A program made the translations under genes and the position numbers. A stretch of 64,000 nt of DNA from an uncultured virus (IMG/VR IMGVR_UViG_3300002839_000259) (taxonomy: Duplodnaviria > Heunggongvirae > Uroviricota > Caudoviricetes), in the IMG/VR virus record IMGVR_UViG_3300002839_000259; one strand, 5' to 3'. Under the pieces are notes generated by a model that did no database searches, had not been told where the DNA came from, and saw only the letters and a list, made by a program, of their open reading frames with translations. Of the stretch, positions 29,488 through 39,317 are shown piece by piece (position 1 is the first letter of the stretch; every line of letters starts with the position of its first letter).

Positions 29488-30096
29488 ATGAAATCAATGC
29501 GATTTAATACTGAAATGGTGCGAGCCATTCTTGCTAAGCGAAAAACCGTCACCCGGCTGATTATCAAACCTCAGCCAAAGTTTATCGAACATGATACGTC
29601 AAAGGTATATGCATGCAAAGATATGAAACAAGTCGAAATCAAACCGCCATATAAAATAGGTGATGTTGTCTGGGTTAATGAAACATGGAAACATTTTGAA
29701 AAATCTATTGGCAAAGGCGAAAGTTGTCATATCGAAAAATTTATAGCTTACAAAGCTGATGAAGATGATAACAGTATCCAAAAATCAAGCGAATGGTTTG
29801 AAGGAAAATGGCAACCATCGAGCCGCATGAAAAAAGAATCCGCCCGAATCTTTTTAAAAATCACGGACATCCGTATTGAACAATTACAAGAAATTACTGA
29901 AACACAGGCAATAAAAGAAGGTTTCAAAAATGGAGGACTTGCTGAACCATGGATAACCGCAACCAATGCCTTTATCCAAAATTGGGACGGCCAACTCAAG
30001 TCCCATGACCGTGATACCAATAGATGGGGCGCCATGCCTCGCATATGGGTCTGGGTAATTGAATTCGAAATCGATTCAAATTTGTCAAAAATATAA
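29488..30096 (+). CDS. ASCH/PUA-like phage protein
   Basis: FNTEMVRAIL..KTVTR...GDVVWV.ETW...WQPS..M...RI.L.ITDIRIE.LQ.I....AI.EG...VWVIEF. Confidence 0.75.
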   Translation: MKSMRFNTEMVRAILAKRKTVTRLIIKPQPKFIEHDTSKVYACKDMKQVEIKPPYKIGDVVWVNETWKHFEKSIGKGESCHIEKFIAYKADEDDNSIQKSSEWFEGKWQPSSRMKKESARIFLKITDIRIEQLQEITETQAIKEGFKNGGLAEPWITATNAFIQNWDGQLKSHDRDTNRWGAMPRIWVWVIEFEIDSNLSKI

Positions 30097-30116
30097 AACT
30101 GAAAGTGAGAAAACTT

Positions 30117-30788
30117 ATGTTAAAAGAATGGTACGAATTAAAATTTACCCGTGATGAAAACTGCAAACTATCGAAAAAAGTTGTTGCGTCACTATTAAAT
30201 GATAGATTAAAAGAAGTTGATTACAAGCTTCGCGATGCTGGCAACAAATTTGAATCCAGCGATTGGGGTTGCTGGGAAACAATGATCTCTGAATTGTGTG
30301 TAATCAGTCGGAAATTACCCGGCGTGCTGCTCATCGTGACAAGCGAAGCTGAAGACTGTGATTGCGCTAATACAGGGAAATTTCAACGGCACTATTTCAA
30401 AGATGGCCAAACAAACTCTGTTTTCGGAAATATCGCGTATCCTGAATACCAGGGGCCACCGCTCGATTATATACATAAATGCGACCCAGATAAAATCGTA
30501 TTTGGACACGAAGCCAAAATGATCGCTGAATTTAAAGAAAAATTAAACGAATCAGGCACCCGTAAGGAATGGCAAGATAGCATTGCTAAGGCGTATGCTT
30601 CAATTGATTTTAAGAAAAAAACAATTGAAAAAATGGATGCGCTCGGACTATACGAAAAGTATTTATTTGAATTAGACGCCAGCCCCACCTGTTTGGTGAT
30701 TAACGATGTACTGTGTGGATTGATGTATTTCTATAATATGGATATTCTCGCGCAAATAGAAACAACAAAGTACGTGATCGCATGTTAA
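30117..30788 (+). CDS. Hypothetical protein (family also at 40907 and probably 62812)
   Basis: ISRKLPGVLLIVT...FQRHYFKDG segment shared with paralogs. Confidence 0.7.
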   Translation: MLKEWYELKFTRDENCKLSKKVVASLLNDRLKEVDYKLRDAGNKFESSDWGCWETMISELCVISRKLPGVLLIVTSEAEDCDCANTGKFQRHYFKDGQTNSVFGNIAYPEYQGPPLDYIHKCDPDKIVFGHEAKMIAEFKEKLNESGTRKEWQDSIAKAYASIDFKKKTIEKMDALGLYEKYLFELDASPTCLVINDVLCGLMYFYNMDILAQIETTKYVIAC

Positions 30789-31222
30789 CCAAGGCCGTTG
30801 CCATAGCCGTCGATGTGCATGAAGGGCAACGCGACAAAGGTGGTCAATCATATATCATGCACCCGATTAGAGTGATGTTAGCGTGTGAGACGACATATGA
30901 GAAGATTTGTGGCGTACTTCATGATGTTGTCGAAGATTCTAATGTTACACTCAAAGATCTTGAAGCCGCCGGTTTTCCTGCTGAGATTATCAAAGCGCTC
31001 GACTGTCTTACCAGGAGATCAAGTGAGAGTTACGATGAATTTATTGATCGTGTGCTGACAAACGAACTGGCTGTACGCGTTAAGCTGGCCGACATCAATG
31101 ATAACATGGATTTATCACGGCTCAAGTGTGTGACACAACAAGATCTGGATCGCTGCAAAAAGTACCAAAATGCCATGACGAGGATCGTGAATCATCTCAA
31201 AAGAAATAACATCAATTTATAA
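30782..31222 (+). CDS. Small HD-domain hydrolase (RelA/SpoT HD / Mesh1-like)
   Basis: H.GQRDKGG.SYI.HP..V...LHDVVED...VKLAD..DN. Confidence 0.85.
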   Translation: MLTKAVAIAVDVHEGQRDKGGQSYIMHPIRVMLACETTYEKICGVLHDVVEDSNVTLKDLEAAGFPAEIIKALDCLTRRSSESYDEFIDRVLTNELAVRVKLADINDNMDLSRLKCVTQQDLDRCKKYQNAMTRIVNHLKRNNINL

Positions 31223-31281
31223 ACATATTCAAAAGAAAAGACAACACTGTGATTGACGCATAGTGTTGTCTTTTCTTTATG

Positions 31282-31554
31282 TTAGACGATCCAGATGTTA
31301 TTGATTTTTTTTCCATCGTATTCAAAACCGATTAAGTCGCGTTTACATACGTTTCCCAGGTCGTCAACTTTTGCATCGTCAGGTTCCTGCATGATAATAT
31401 AATCGAGTTTTCTGTTTTTAAAATCTAAACGCACGTCTGACGGATTTTCAAAACATTTACCTGCATTATCTTTTGCAATACGTTTAATATCAGACATTCT
31501 GATTTCACGTACATCCTTCAATTCGTTGTAAATAGTTGTCATGTTAACTTTCAT
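31282..31554 (-). CDS. Hypothetical protein
   Basis: 90 aa, AAAGGAG RBS, bidirectional terminator 31235-31277. Confidence 0.7.
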   Translation of the reverse strand: MKVNMTTIYNELKDVREIRMSDIKRIAKDNAGKCFENPSDVRLDFKNRKLDYIIMQEPDDAKVDDLGNVCKRDLIGFEYDGKKINNIWIV

Positions 31555-31755
31555 TTTTTATCTTTCTCCTTTTATTTTATTGGAACATAATGGGGAACAA
31601 CACTTTGTTTGTTTCGTAAGACTATTATATAATAAGCTCGCGATAAAGCCAAAAGGTATTTGATAAATTTTTTGCGACGCTGAAACACTCATTAACTGAC
31701 GTTTGAGCAAAAATCGGGATATAACCAGCGTTTTTCGCACTAAAACACACTATTT

Positions 31756-31870
31756 TTCAAATACGTCCCATATTGCCGTTTTAAGCAGTTTTCTCTAAAA
31801 TAGGAACTAAGTGACCTGTTGAGTTCCCTTATCGTCTAATTTATGGCATTAAAAAAGCATTAATGTGCCA
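31756..31870. repeat. Long imperfect hairpin element, copy 2
   Basis: Homologous to 26296-26440. Confidence 0.6.
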
Positions 31871-31895
31871 TTGTTGTTTTAATTATGCATAATAC

Positions 31896-31915
31896 GCAAT
31901 CACGATTGCCGGTGG
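31896..31915 (+). promoter_or_regulatory. Hairpin-CG motif (GCAATC family)
   Basis: GCAATC-AC-GATTGC-CGGTGG. Confidence 0.8.
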
Positions 31916-31955
31916 ATTATTTGATATTTAAATTATTAAAAATGGAGGTGCAGAA

Positions 31956-32129
31956 ATGAATAACACTGAAAAAATAAAAGACCCGTTTTGTTACAACCCA
32001 AATAATGACCCATATCCCTTATGCAATGGTGTCAGTAAACGAGATGGCAAAACCGTCATGAACTGTGGTGACTGCTGTCTTTATGAAAATATGGACAATG
32101 AAGGTGGGTACGACCACTATGATGCATAG
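31956..32129 (+). CDS. 57-aa Cys-rich protein (below ORF-track cutoff)
   Basis: GGAGGTG RBS; MNNTEKIKDPFCYNPNNDPYPLCNG...CGDCCLYENMDNEGGYDHYDA. Confidence 0.65.
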   Translation: MNNTEKIKDPFCYNPNNDPYPLCNGVSKRDGKTVMNCGDCCLYENMDNEGGYDHYDA

Positions 32130-32162
32130 CACAACTAAATAAATAGAAAGCTGGTAAAAAAT

Positions 32163-33338
32163 ATGTTAGAACTCCATGGTAAACACGCAAACGCAAAAGT
32201 CTTTACGGATCGAATCGAAAATGGTGCGATCGCCCAATTAATCGAACTCCTTAACGAGCCATTTACAAAAGATTCAAAAATCCGCATCATGCCTGATTGT
32301 CACCAGGGAGCCGGCTGCGTCATCGGTACGACCATGACGGTCACCGACAAAGTTGTGCCGAACTTAGTAGGCGTTGACCTTGGCTGTGGCGTCCTTGCCT
32401 TTAATTTAAAAGACGCGGTGATCGATCTGCCCAAATTGGATATTTTTATTCGTGAGAATATCCCGTATGGATTTAATGTTCACGAGGATGAACAACGCTT
32501 TGATCACATCAAAGAGTTGCGTTGTATTGCTCACATTAATCAAAGTCGTGTCCTTAAAAGCATTGGAAGTTTAGGTGGAGGCAACCACTATTTTGAGTGT
32601 GGCGTCGACGATCAGGGTAACACGTATCTGACGATCCATTCCGGTAGTCGTTACCTCGGTAAACAGATTGCCGAATATTATCAAGAACTGGCTATTAAAG
32701 GCCTGACCGATGTCGGTGACCAGGTTAAGCAACTCGTTAAAAAACTCAAATCCGAAAATCGTCAGAATGAAATTGAAGCGTCTATTAAAAAGATCATGCC
32801 ACCAAAGATTAATAAAGCCCTTGCTTATCTAGAAGGCCAAAATCTCAGCGATTATCTGCATGATATCAAAATTGCGCAAGAATACGCCTATCAGAATAGA
32901 TATGCGATGGGACTCGCTATTTTGAAACACCTGAATATCACTGAAATCGATTGTTTTGACACTGTTCATAACTATATCGACACTGATACCAGAATACTTC
33001 GTAAAGGCGCCATACGTGCCAACAACGGTGATATCGTGATGATCCCAATCAATATGCGTGACGGCTGTCTGCTCGCTCGTGGCAAAGGTAATCCCGATTG
33101 GAATTATTCGGCGCCACATGGAGCAGGAAGGCTTTTTAGCCGTGGTCAGGCTAAGCGAAATATCACACTCGAAGCCTTCGCTGAGAGTATGACGGGCATT
33201 TATTCAACATCAGTTCGATCAGATACCATTGATGAATCACCGTTTGTGTACAAACCAATCGCTGAAATAATTGAAAATACCAAAGACACGATCGAAGTAA
33301 TCTCAATCATCAAACCCATCTATAATTTCAAAGCATAG
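32163..33338 (+). CDS. rtcB: RtcB family RNA ligase
   Basis: MPDCHQG.G..IG, VGVDLGCG, SLGGGNHYFE, HSGSR, HNY, RKGA, SAPHGAGR, DESP..YK. Confidence 0.95.
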   Translation: MLELHGKHANAKVFTDRIENGAIAQLIELLNEPFTKDSKIRIMPDCHQGAGCVIGTTMTVTDKVVPNLVGVDLGCGVLAFNLKDAVIDLPKLDIFIRENIPYGFNVHEDEQRFDHIKELRCIAHINQSRVLKSIGSLGGGNHYFECGVDDQGNTYLTIHSGSRYLGKQIAEYYQELAIKGLTDVGDQVKQLVKKLKSENRQNEIEASIKKIMPPKINKALAYLEGQNLSDYLHDIKIAQEYAYQNRYAMGLAILKHLNITEIDCFDTVHNYIDTDTRILRKGAIRANNGDIVMIPINMRDGCLLARGKGNPDWNYSAPHGAGRLFSRGQAKRNITLEAFAESMTGIYSTSVRSDTIDESPFVYKPIAEIIENTKDTIEVISIIKPIYNFKA

Positions 33339-33366
33339 GTATTGTGCATTGAAATTAGAATTCATC

Positions 33367-33409
33367 AAAAAAGCCTTCCAGATGATAACATCATCTGGAA
33401 GGCTTTTTT
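33367..33409. terminator. Bidirectional terminator
   Basis: AAAAAAGCCTTCCAGATGAT-AAC-ATCATCTGGAAGGCTTTTTT. Confidence 0.9.
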
Positions 33410-33429
33410 ATTATAAGGTACGATTTTTG

Positions 33430-36111
33430 TTACTCAATTGGTGCTCGTCGACCAACAAGTAGACCAACGACCTTGCCACTATTTTTAATCGGCGCCACAT
33501 CAAATATCACAGCTGCATTCGTGACTTTGCTGATGGTTTCTTCCGAAATAGCAGACTTGCCGTTAAAGCCATCTTCATACCAGAATTCACCCCAGGCATC
33601 AAACTCGCCATGGTCCTTAACATACTTGGCATGTCCTGCGAGATTCATTACGGCAACATCCTGATATCCCATGCGTTGCACTTCACCGGAAACAACATCA
33701 ACCTGCGTTTGCCAGTCCATAGTTTCAACCGGCGATCGTGACGACATTTCGATAAGTAATTGCAATGCTTTATTATCAGCTTCACTCGTATCTTGTTTGA
33801 TAGGCTTTAGTTTAAATGCGCTGGTCATCTGTTTAAGCATTTCAGCCTGGCTGGAAAGTTCTTCGGCTGATGCGGCACTTTCTTCAGCTGTGGCGGCGTT
33901 GGTTTGAACAACAATCGAAATCTGTTCAATACCCTGCGTGATTTGAGCAATCTCTGAGGCCTGGTCATTGGATGCACGTGCAATATTGCCGACCAGACCA
34001 GTAACCTTCTCAATTTCATTCAAAATTTCAACCAGACTTTTGGCGGTATCGTCGGCAATCTTGGTGCCAGCTGTGACCTTGTTAATGGAGCCTTCGATCA
34101 AATCGGCCGTTTGTTTTGCGGCTTCAGCACTACGGGCGGCCAAACTTCTAACTTCTTCCGCAACAACGGCAAAACCTTTACCATGCTGTCCGGCCCGAGC
34201 GGCCTCAACTGCTGCGTTTAACGCCAGAATATTAGTTTGGAAGGCGATATCATCGATGACCTTGATAATCTTGAAAATGCTCTTGGATGAGTCGTTGATT
34301 TCGACCATGGCGGATACCATATTTACCATTTGCAAATTACCCACTTCGGCGTTGGCACGAACCTCAAGCGCAAGTTCATTAGCTTCGTTGGCATTCATGG
34401 CGTTTTGTTTGGTTTCTGCGGCAACTTCTTCGATCGAAGCCGTGAGTTCTTGAATAGAGCTTGCCTGTTCCGTAGTACCTTGAGCCAAAGCCTGACCGCC
34501 TTCAGAGATTTGAACGGCACCGGCATTAACCTGTTCGGCGGAAATATCAATATCTTTCATAACATCGCTTAAAGTCGCGGTGATGTTATTGATAACAAGC
34601 TTAGCTGCATTAAAATCACCATGATAATAGGCTTTGATTTCCTTAGTGAGATCGCCTTCACCGATAAGCTTGAGAAGTGATGTAATGTCAGCCACATAAT
34701 TTTTAAGAAAATTAATTGTACGATTCATGGTTTCTTTTGTTTTGACGTGCTGACCTTTGAAATTACCCTCCATAACAAAATCCAGATGACCTTTTGACAG
34801 TTCGTCCAAAGCCTCCGCAGTAGCATGGATTGGCTCGATGACTGCATCCAGGGTTTGATTAAACCCCGAAACAATATTACCAAATTCTCCAGGAAATTTA
34901 CTGACGTCCCCGCGGCTTTCAAGATCACCATCTACGGCAAGCGTGGCCATCGTTTTTGTTTCTTCCACCAGCATTGAAATATTTTCCATAGCCTGGATAA
35001 ATGCCGGAATTAATTCATCATTGTCGCTTAATTTCCCGCCAATATTTTTCAAAGCTTTGATCGAATCTGCAAAGTCACCGTTGGCTATATTAGTGGTCAC
35101 TTTAATCATCGTATCAAAATTATGGATAAGCGCATTGATCGATTCAGCTATTTCAGCATAAATACCTAAATACTGCGATTCCATCTTTTCCGTGAAATTA
35201 TTCTTGCTCATGAGACCCAATATATGACTCCCTTCTGTCAGAGCGCCCAAACCGTCAATACAGGCGTTGATATTCGTTTTAAGATCGTTAAAATCGCCGT
35301 TATATTCCGTCGTTATTTTTGGTGGAATCACACCGTTGCCGATGCGCTCAATAGCCTTATTGGCCACTTTCAAAGGTTTGACAAAGATGTCAACGACATT
35401 ATTCAGAGCAACGATCATATCTTTGTAAGAACCTGCATGTTCATTGGTGTTACCTCGATAATTAAGTTTGCCTTCCGAAGCGGCATCACCAGACAACAGG
35501 ATGGCATCATGTACGCGATTCATTTCTCTTTGTACAGCAATTATTGAGTGTACAATTACATCATCGTCGGACCGTGGTGTTATCTCAACAGCAAAGTCAC
35601 CCTGAGACATCCGTTGAACGATCTGCGATATGTCCCTGTTATTTTGAATAATTTTGTCAAAAGACCGCATTAAATCACCGATTTCATCATGTGATGTCAC
35701 TTCAATGTCTATGTCAATTTTTCCCAATATGACCTGATCAGCTACTTCTTTGAGCCTGATAATCGGTTTGGCAAATTTTTGTGTCATCACATACGTGACA
35801 ACACCGCCGATTAAGGCAATGAGCAATGAACTCAATAGAATCTGGTTTCTCAAATTGCCGATTTGAACCAGAACATCCGTATTGGACGTGTCAGTTAACG
35901 CTGTTGCGCCCAGATTAGACGCAATAATGCCAAGTGAAAATACTGCCAGTGCGATCAGCAATATTGTGAACAACAATAGTTTTGTAGATATTCGGGATCG
36001 GCGGGAAGCTTTCCCCCGAGTCAGTTCAGCACGACGCGCTGGGATTTCTTGTGCAACACCTGTGACAGGTTCTGATACCCGTGTCAACCTCAATTTTTGA
36101 TTATTAGTCAT
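33430..36111 (-). CDS. Methyl-accepting chemotaxis protein with poly-HAMP region and C-terminal Cache-like domain
   Basis: Two TM helices, HAMP repeats, IAFQTNILALNAAVEAARAG.HGKGFAVVAEEVR.LA. Confidence 0.92.
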   Translation of the reverse strand: MTNNQKLRLTRVSEPVTGVAQEIPARRAELTRGKASRRSRISTKLLLFTILLIALAVFSLGIIASNLGATALTDTSNTDVLVQIGNLRNQILLSSLLIALIGGVVTYVMTQKFAKPIIRLKEVADQVILGKIDIDIEVTSHDEIGDLMRSFDKIIQNNRDISQIVQRMSQGDFAVEITPRSDDDVIVHSIIAVQREMNRVHDAILLSGDAASEGKLNYRGNTNEHAGSYKDMIVALNNVVDIFVKPLKVANKAIERIGNGVIPPKITTEYNGDFNDLKTNINACIDGLGALTEGSHILGLMSKNNFTEKMESQYLGIYAEIAESINALIHNFDTMIKVTTNIANGDFADSIKALKNIGGKLSDNDELIPAFIQAMENISMLVEETKTMATLAVDGDLESRGDVSKFPGEFGNIVSGFNQTLDAVIEPIHATAEALDELSKGHLDFVMEGNFKGQHVKTKETMNRTINFLKNYVADITSLLKLIGEGDLTKEIKAYYHGDFNAAKLVINNITATLSDVMKDIDISAEQVNAGAVQISEGGQALAQGTTEQASSIQELTASIEEVAAETKQNAMNANEANELALEVRANAEVGNLQMVNMVSAMVEINDSSKSIFKIIKVIDDIAFQTNILALNAAVEAARAGQHGKGFAVVAEEVRSLAARSAEAAKQTADLIEGSINKVTAGTKIADDTAKSLVEILNEIEKVTGLVGNIARASNDQASEIAQITQGIEQISIVVQTNAATAEESAASAEELSSQAEMLKQMTSAFKLKPIKQDTSEADNKALQLLIEMSSRSPVETMDWQTQVDVVSGEVQRMGYQDVAVMNLAGHAKYVKDHGEFDAWGEFWYEDGFNGKSAISEETISKVTNAAVIFDVAPIKNSGKVVGLLVGRRAPIE

Positions 36112-36284
36112 GATAACACCTTTCAAGTATAATGATTTTGATGATGTTATTATATCACACATTAATCATAAAACGCTGATAATTGAGCGTTTTTTTAAAT
36201 TTATTTATTTTAAATAAGAGATAAAAGTTAAGTTTGACGAAACACGTGCGATGCAAATTTTTAATTATGTGTGATAAAAATAAA

Positions 36285-36305
36285 GCAATCATCGATTGCC
36301 GATAG
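36285..36305 (+). promoter_or_regulatory. Hairpin-CG motif (GCAATC family)
   Basis: GCAATC-ATC-GATTGC-CGATAG. Confidence 0.8.
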
Positions 36306-36349
36306 CTGTTTTAGAAAAAATAAATTAGAAAAATTTGGGGGAAAAAATA

Positions 36350-36526
36350 ATGTTAAACGGATTAGGACCAATTCTTAACGGGTTTTTCAACGGTGTGGCA
36401 CCGAGTGGGTCACCGACAGCGATTGGGTTGAACGCGATTGGAATCAATGCTGGATCTGTATCAAAATTATTGATATTTCTGACTATTTTAACAGGTATTT
36501 GGTTGTTCTTGAAATTCAAAAATTAA
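36350..36526 (+). CDS. Small Gly-rich membrane peptide
   Basis: MLNGLGPILNGFFNG...KLLIFLTILTGIWLFLKFKN directly after the motif. Confidence 0.5.
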   Translation: MLNGLGPILNGFFNGVAPSGSPTAIGLNAIGINAGSVSKLLIFLTILTGIWLFLKFKN

Positions 36527-36622
36527 TCAATTTCGGGTTTTAACCTATGCACGTGGCTGAATATGATATAATAAAAAGAGATTACATCAAAAAATTAAGA
36601 CGAAAAATAAAAAGAAAGCAGT

Positions 36623-37507
36623 GTGTCTAACATGTTACTAAAAACCAAAGTTAAAAATGAGATTCAGCACAAAGAATTTTATAACCACTATGATCCAAAC
36701 TTCAAAGCACTTGAAATACCAACTGGTGTCGAAATGATCAGCGCCAACAGTTTCTCTGGCTGCGACGACATTGAAGAACTGATTATTCCTGCCAGTGTCC
36801 ACATCATTGGGCGATATTCCTTTGAAAAATGCACGAATCTGAAGAGAGTTATTCTGTCAGAAGGTTTGCTTAAAATTGGCAAAGACGCATTTTCCGGATG
36901 CACAGCTCTAAAAAACATCAATTTGCCCGACAGTTTGGAAAAAATAAGAAGCGGCGCCTTTCGCGGCACCGGCATCACAGAAATAAACATTCCGCCAAAA
37001 GTGACGATCATTAACGAAGCCACCTTCGAGAATTGCCAGCAATTAAAAGTTGTCACAGCCGAAAATATCAAATCCGTCAAACAAAGCGCTTTTAAGAACT
37101 GTTGCTCGCTTATATTATTAAACATATTTAAAGACGGATTTCAAAAAGTGCACGACAAAGCCTTCGCCGGTTGTATTAAATTAAAACAGGTAATCTTACC
37201 AAACAGTTGTACTTCAATCGGTGCGTATGCATTTGGGTCATCTGGTATTCAACACTTTGACTTCCCTAAAAAGATAAAAATCGTCGAACGAGGACTTTTT
37301 AGTGATTGCACGGACTTGGTGTCAGTTGATCTGACCGATCAAATTGAACATGTTAAAACGTATGCTTTTTATGATTGCGAAAAACTGCATAATTTAAATG
37401 TTCCAGCAGATATTAAAACAATTGATGAAGATGCCTTCACGCATTGTAATAACTTGGATATCAAGATTATACATGATATGAACGCTCGTTGTCAGCAAAA
37501 CAACTAG
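36623..37507 (+). CDS. BspA-type leucine-rich repeat protein (LRR_5), no signal peptide
   Basis: Repeated I...AF..C..L..I.LP units. Confidence 0.9.
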   Translation: MSNMLLKTKVKNEIQHKEFYNHYDPNFKALEIPTGVEMISANSFSGCDDIEELIIPASVHIIGRYSFEKCTNLKRVILSEGLLKIGKDAFSGCTALKNINLPDSLEKIRSGAFRGTGITEINIPPKVTIINEATFENCQQLKVVTAENIKSVKQSAFKNCCSLILLNIFKDGFQKVHDKAFAGCIKLKQVILPNSCTSIGAYAFGSSGIQHFDFPKKIKIVERGLFSDCTDLVSVDLTDQIEHVKTYAFYDCEKLHNLNVPADIKTIDEDAFTHCNNLDIKIIHDMNARCQQNN

Positions 37508-37602
37508 GTCTCAGACGACTGAGATTCATAAAACAATCACGCCCTACATATTGATTCAGAACGAGACAATGCTATTAATTAATAGTATTGTTTTTTTTTT
37601 TT

Positions 37603-37624
37603 GATAACATGCGTTATCCGGGGA
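37603..37624 (+). promoter_or_regulatory. Hairpin-CG motif (GATAAC family)
   Basis: GATAAC-ATGC-GTTATC-CGGGGA immediately after a terminator U-tract. Confidence 0.7.
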
Positions 37625-37663
37625 TAGTTTGAGAAAAAATAAGTGAAAAAGGGAGAACAGATT

Positions 37664-38128
37664 ATGAAAAACAAAATAGCAAACAAAACTAACGACTTAT
37701 TCAATAAAACCCGGACGGCACTGCTCGAGAAAATAAAAGCGGCAGACTGGGGTGAAATAACCATCCAGATGAAAAAGAGCGGTCATGAATTATATATCAA
37801 ACCAATGTCTCAAATGTGTCATAAAATCGAAGATCTTAGCGACATTGAATACTACTTAGTTGATGGGAGTCCTATTTTACACATGGGCAGTGACTCGTTA
37901 GATCGGTTGGTCAACGATTTGATTAACTACGATCAACTATTGATTGAACTTGACGACAGCAAAACAAAGCTCAAAAACTTCTTTGACGAATACGTTGTTA
38001 CTGAAGCCAAGGATCCCAATTATAAGACCTATGAATCCGAAAATTTTGGTACATATTCCGACTGGCACAAAGATGTCTTCGGCTATCGCCCACGTGGTAT
38101 CGTGTTTGGCGAAAGATTGGCGGCATAA
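37664..38128 (+). CDS. Hypothetical protein
   Basis: C-terminal YSDWHKDVFGYRPR; start MKNKIANK. Confidence 0.7.
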   Translation: MKNKIANKTNDLFNKTRTALLEKIKAADWGEITIQMKKSGHELYIKPMSQMCHKIEDLSDIEYYLVDGSPILHMGSDSLDRLVNDLINYDQLLIELDDSKTKLKNFFDEYVVTEAKDPNYKTYESENFGTYSDWHKDVFGYRPRGIVFGERLAA

Positions 38129-38130
38129 TC

Positions 38131-38784
38131 ATGGATAGCATAAAAATAAATACTGCAAATAAAGCAAAACGTCATCGTTACCGCTACATTCTCGGTGATC
38201 CGTCGGTGTTACGCCGACCGATCAGTCATTTTAGACTGGTGTCGAGTTATGCACTTCATAAAATGACACAGGTTCAAGTGATCCGCATTCAAATTCCAGA
38301 TGATATGATCCTGGAAAAATTGCCGTTTGAAATATATTCTACGACAAAAGACACGCGACTGATCAGTGAGTTAAAACCTGTGATTGCTATTAAAATAAAC
38401 AATCATTGGAAACCCCAATCACTGCGAAAAATTGCCGTGAACAGTGACTTTGCCTTCGTTGCAGAGCACATGACCGAAATCGGTTATAAATATGACGCAA
38501 AAATCGGATATTACAAGCCTGTCATCTTTAAATTCACGTGCTTGCGTACACGTAAAACGTTTAACAAAATCGGCAGTGATATTAAATCCGTTGTCGACAT
38601 CTTTGCGAATCAGTGCGAGCCATATGGCTTGATCTGTCAGGCGGCCATTAAATCAACCCACATGGGTCTAATCAATTGCTGTAAAAATAATGAGAGCGTT
38701 GATTCGTATCGCATCAACCAACTGTCTTACAAAGAGTTAAAAACGATGGACCGGCAAAAACAACAGGTCTTTGCCATAAATTAA
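38131..38784 (+). CDS. Hypothetical basic protein
   Basis: 217-aa ORF coupled to the previous gene. Confidence 0.65.
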   Translation: MDSIKINTANKAKRHRYRYILGDPSVLRRPISHFRLVSSYALHKMTQVQVIRIQIPDDMILEKLPFEIYSTTKDTRLISELKPVIAIKINNHWKPQSLRKIAVNSDFAFVAEHMTEIGYKYDAKIGYYKPVIFKFTCLRTRKTFNKIGSDIKSVVDIFANQCEPYGLICQAAIKSTHMGLINCCKNNESVDSYRINQLSYKELKTMDRQKQQVFAIN

Positions 38785-38806
38785 ACAAAAATAGCATTAA
38801 AACAAA

Positions 38807-38926
38807 CTGGTACCGTGTCACTAAGAGTCTGAAAAAGACTGTGCCACTTTGCGGACATAAACCCGCGACCAGATCTTTATGAAACACCAAGACCCCACAT
38901 GCCCAGCGCTGTGGGGTTCTTTTTTT
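38807..38926 (+). ncRNA. Candidate structured RNA (three-way junction) plus terminator
   Basis: CTGGT/ACCAG closing stem; GTGTCAC/GTGCCAC with TAAG bulge and AGTCT/AGACT hairpin; GCGG/CCGC hairpin. Confidence 0.45.
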
Positions 38927-38932
38927 AAAATC

Positions 38933-38953
38933 GCAATCGCCGATTGCCGGTAG
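38933..38953 (+). promoter_or_regulatory. Hairpin-CG motif (GCAATC family)
   Basis: GCAATC-GCC-GATTGC-CGGTAG, ~6 nt after a terminator. Confidence 0.8.
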
Positions 38954-39242
38954 AACAATTGATAAGAAAGTAAAAAAGCATGAAAGTATGTCTGTACATA
39001 TTTACAAAAATATTAAAATAAAAACATGAAAGCGAGACTAAAACGATGAATGATTCCCAGATAAAAGAGGCAATGGCAGAACGTGATAACACTATGTGCG
39101 CGCAATACAATGCTGAATTATTCAATAATTTTAGCAGCACGATAAATGACGACAATGCAAATGAAGACCAGTGGTGTTAAAATAAATATTAACACCGATA
39201 TCTAACGAAGCTATATTCAGAGCTTCGTTATTTTTTTTAAAC

Positions 39243-39262
39243 GCAATCGCGATTGCCGATGG
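39243..39262 (+). promoter_or_regulatory. Hairpin-CG motif (GCAATC family)
   Basis: GCAATC-GC-GATTGC-CGATGG, ~4 nt after terminator 39203-39238. Confidence 0.8.
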
Positions 39263-39317
39263 CAGATTGAGATAGTTAAAAAAATAATAAGAAAAAATAA
39301 GAAAGCAGGCCGTGAAA

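Noticed and set aside
38815..38887. Hammerhead ribozyme (GTGTC...CTGAAAA...GAAACAC)
   Set aside because: The core deviates from CUGANGA and no proper stem II adjoins GAAA.
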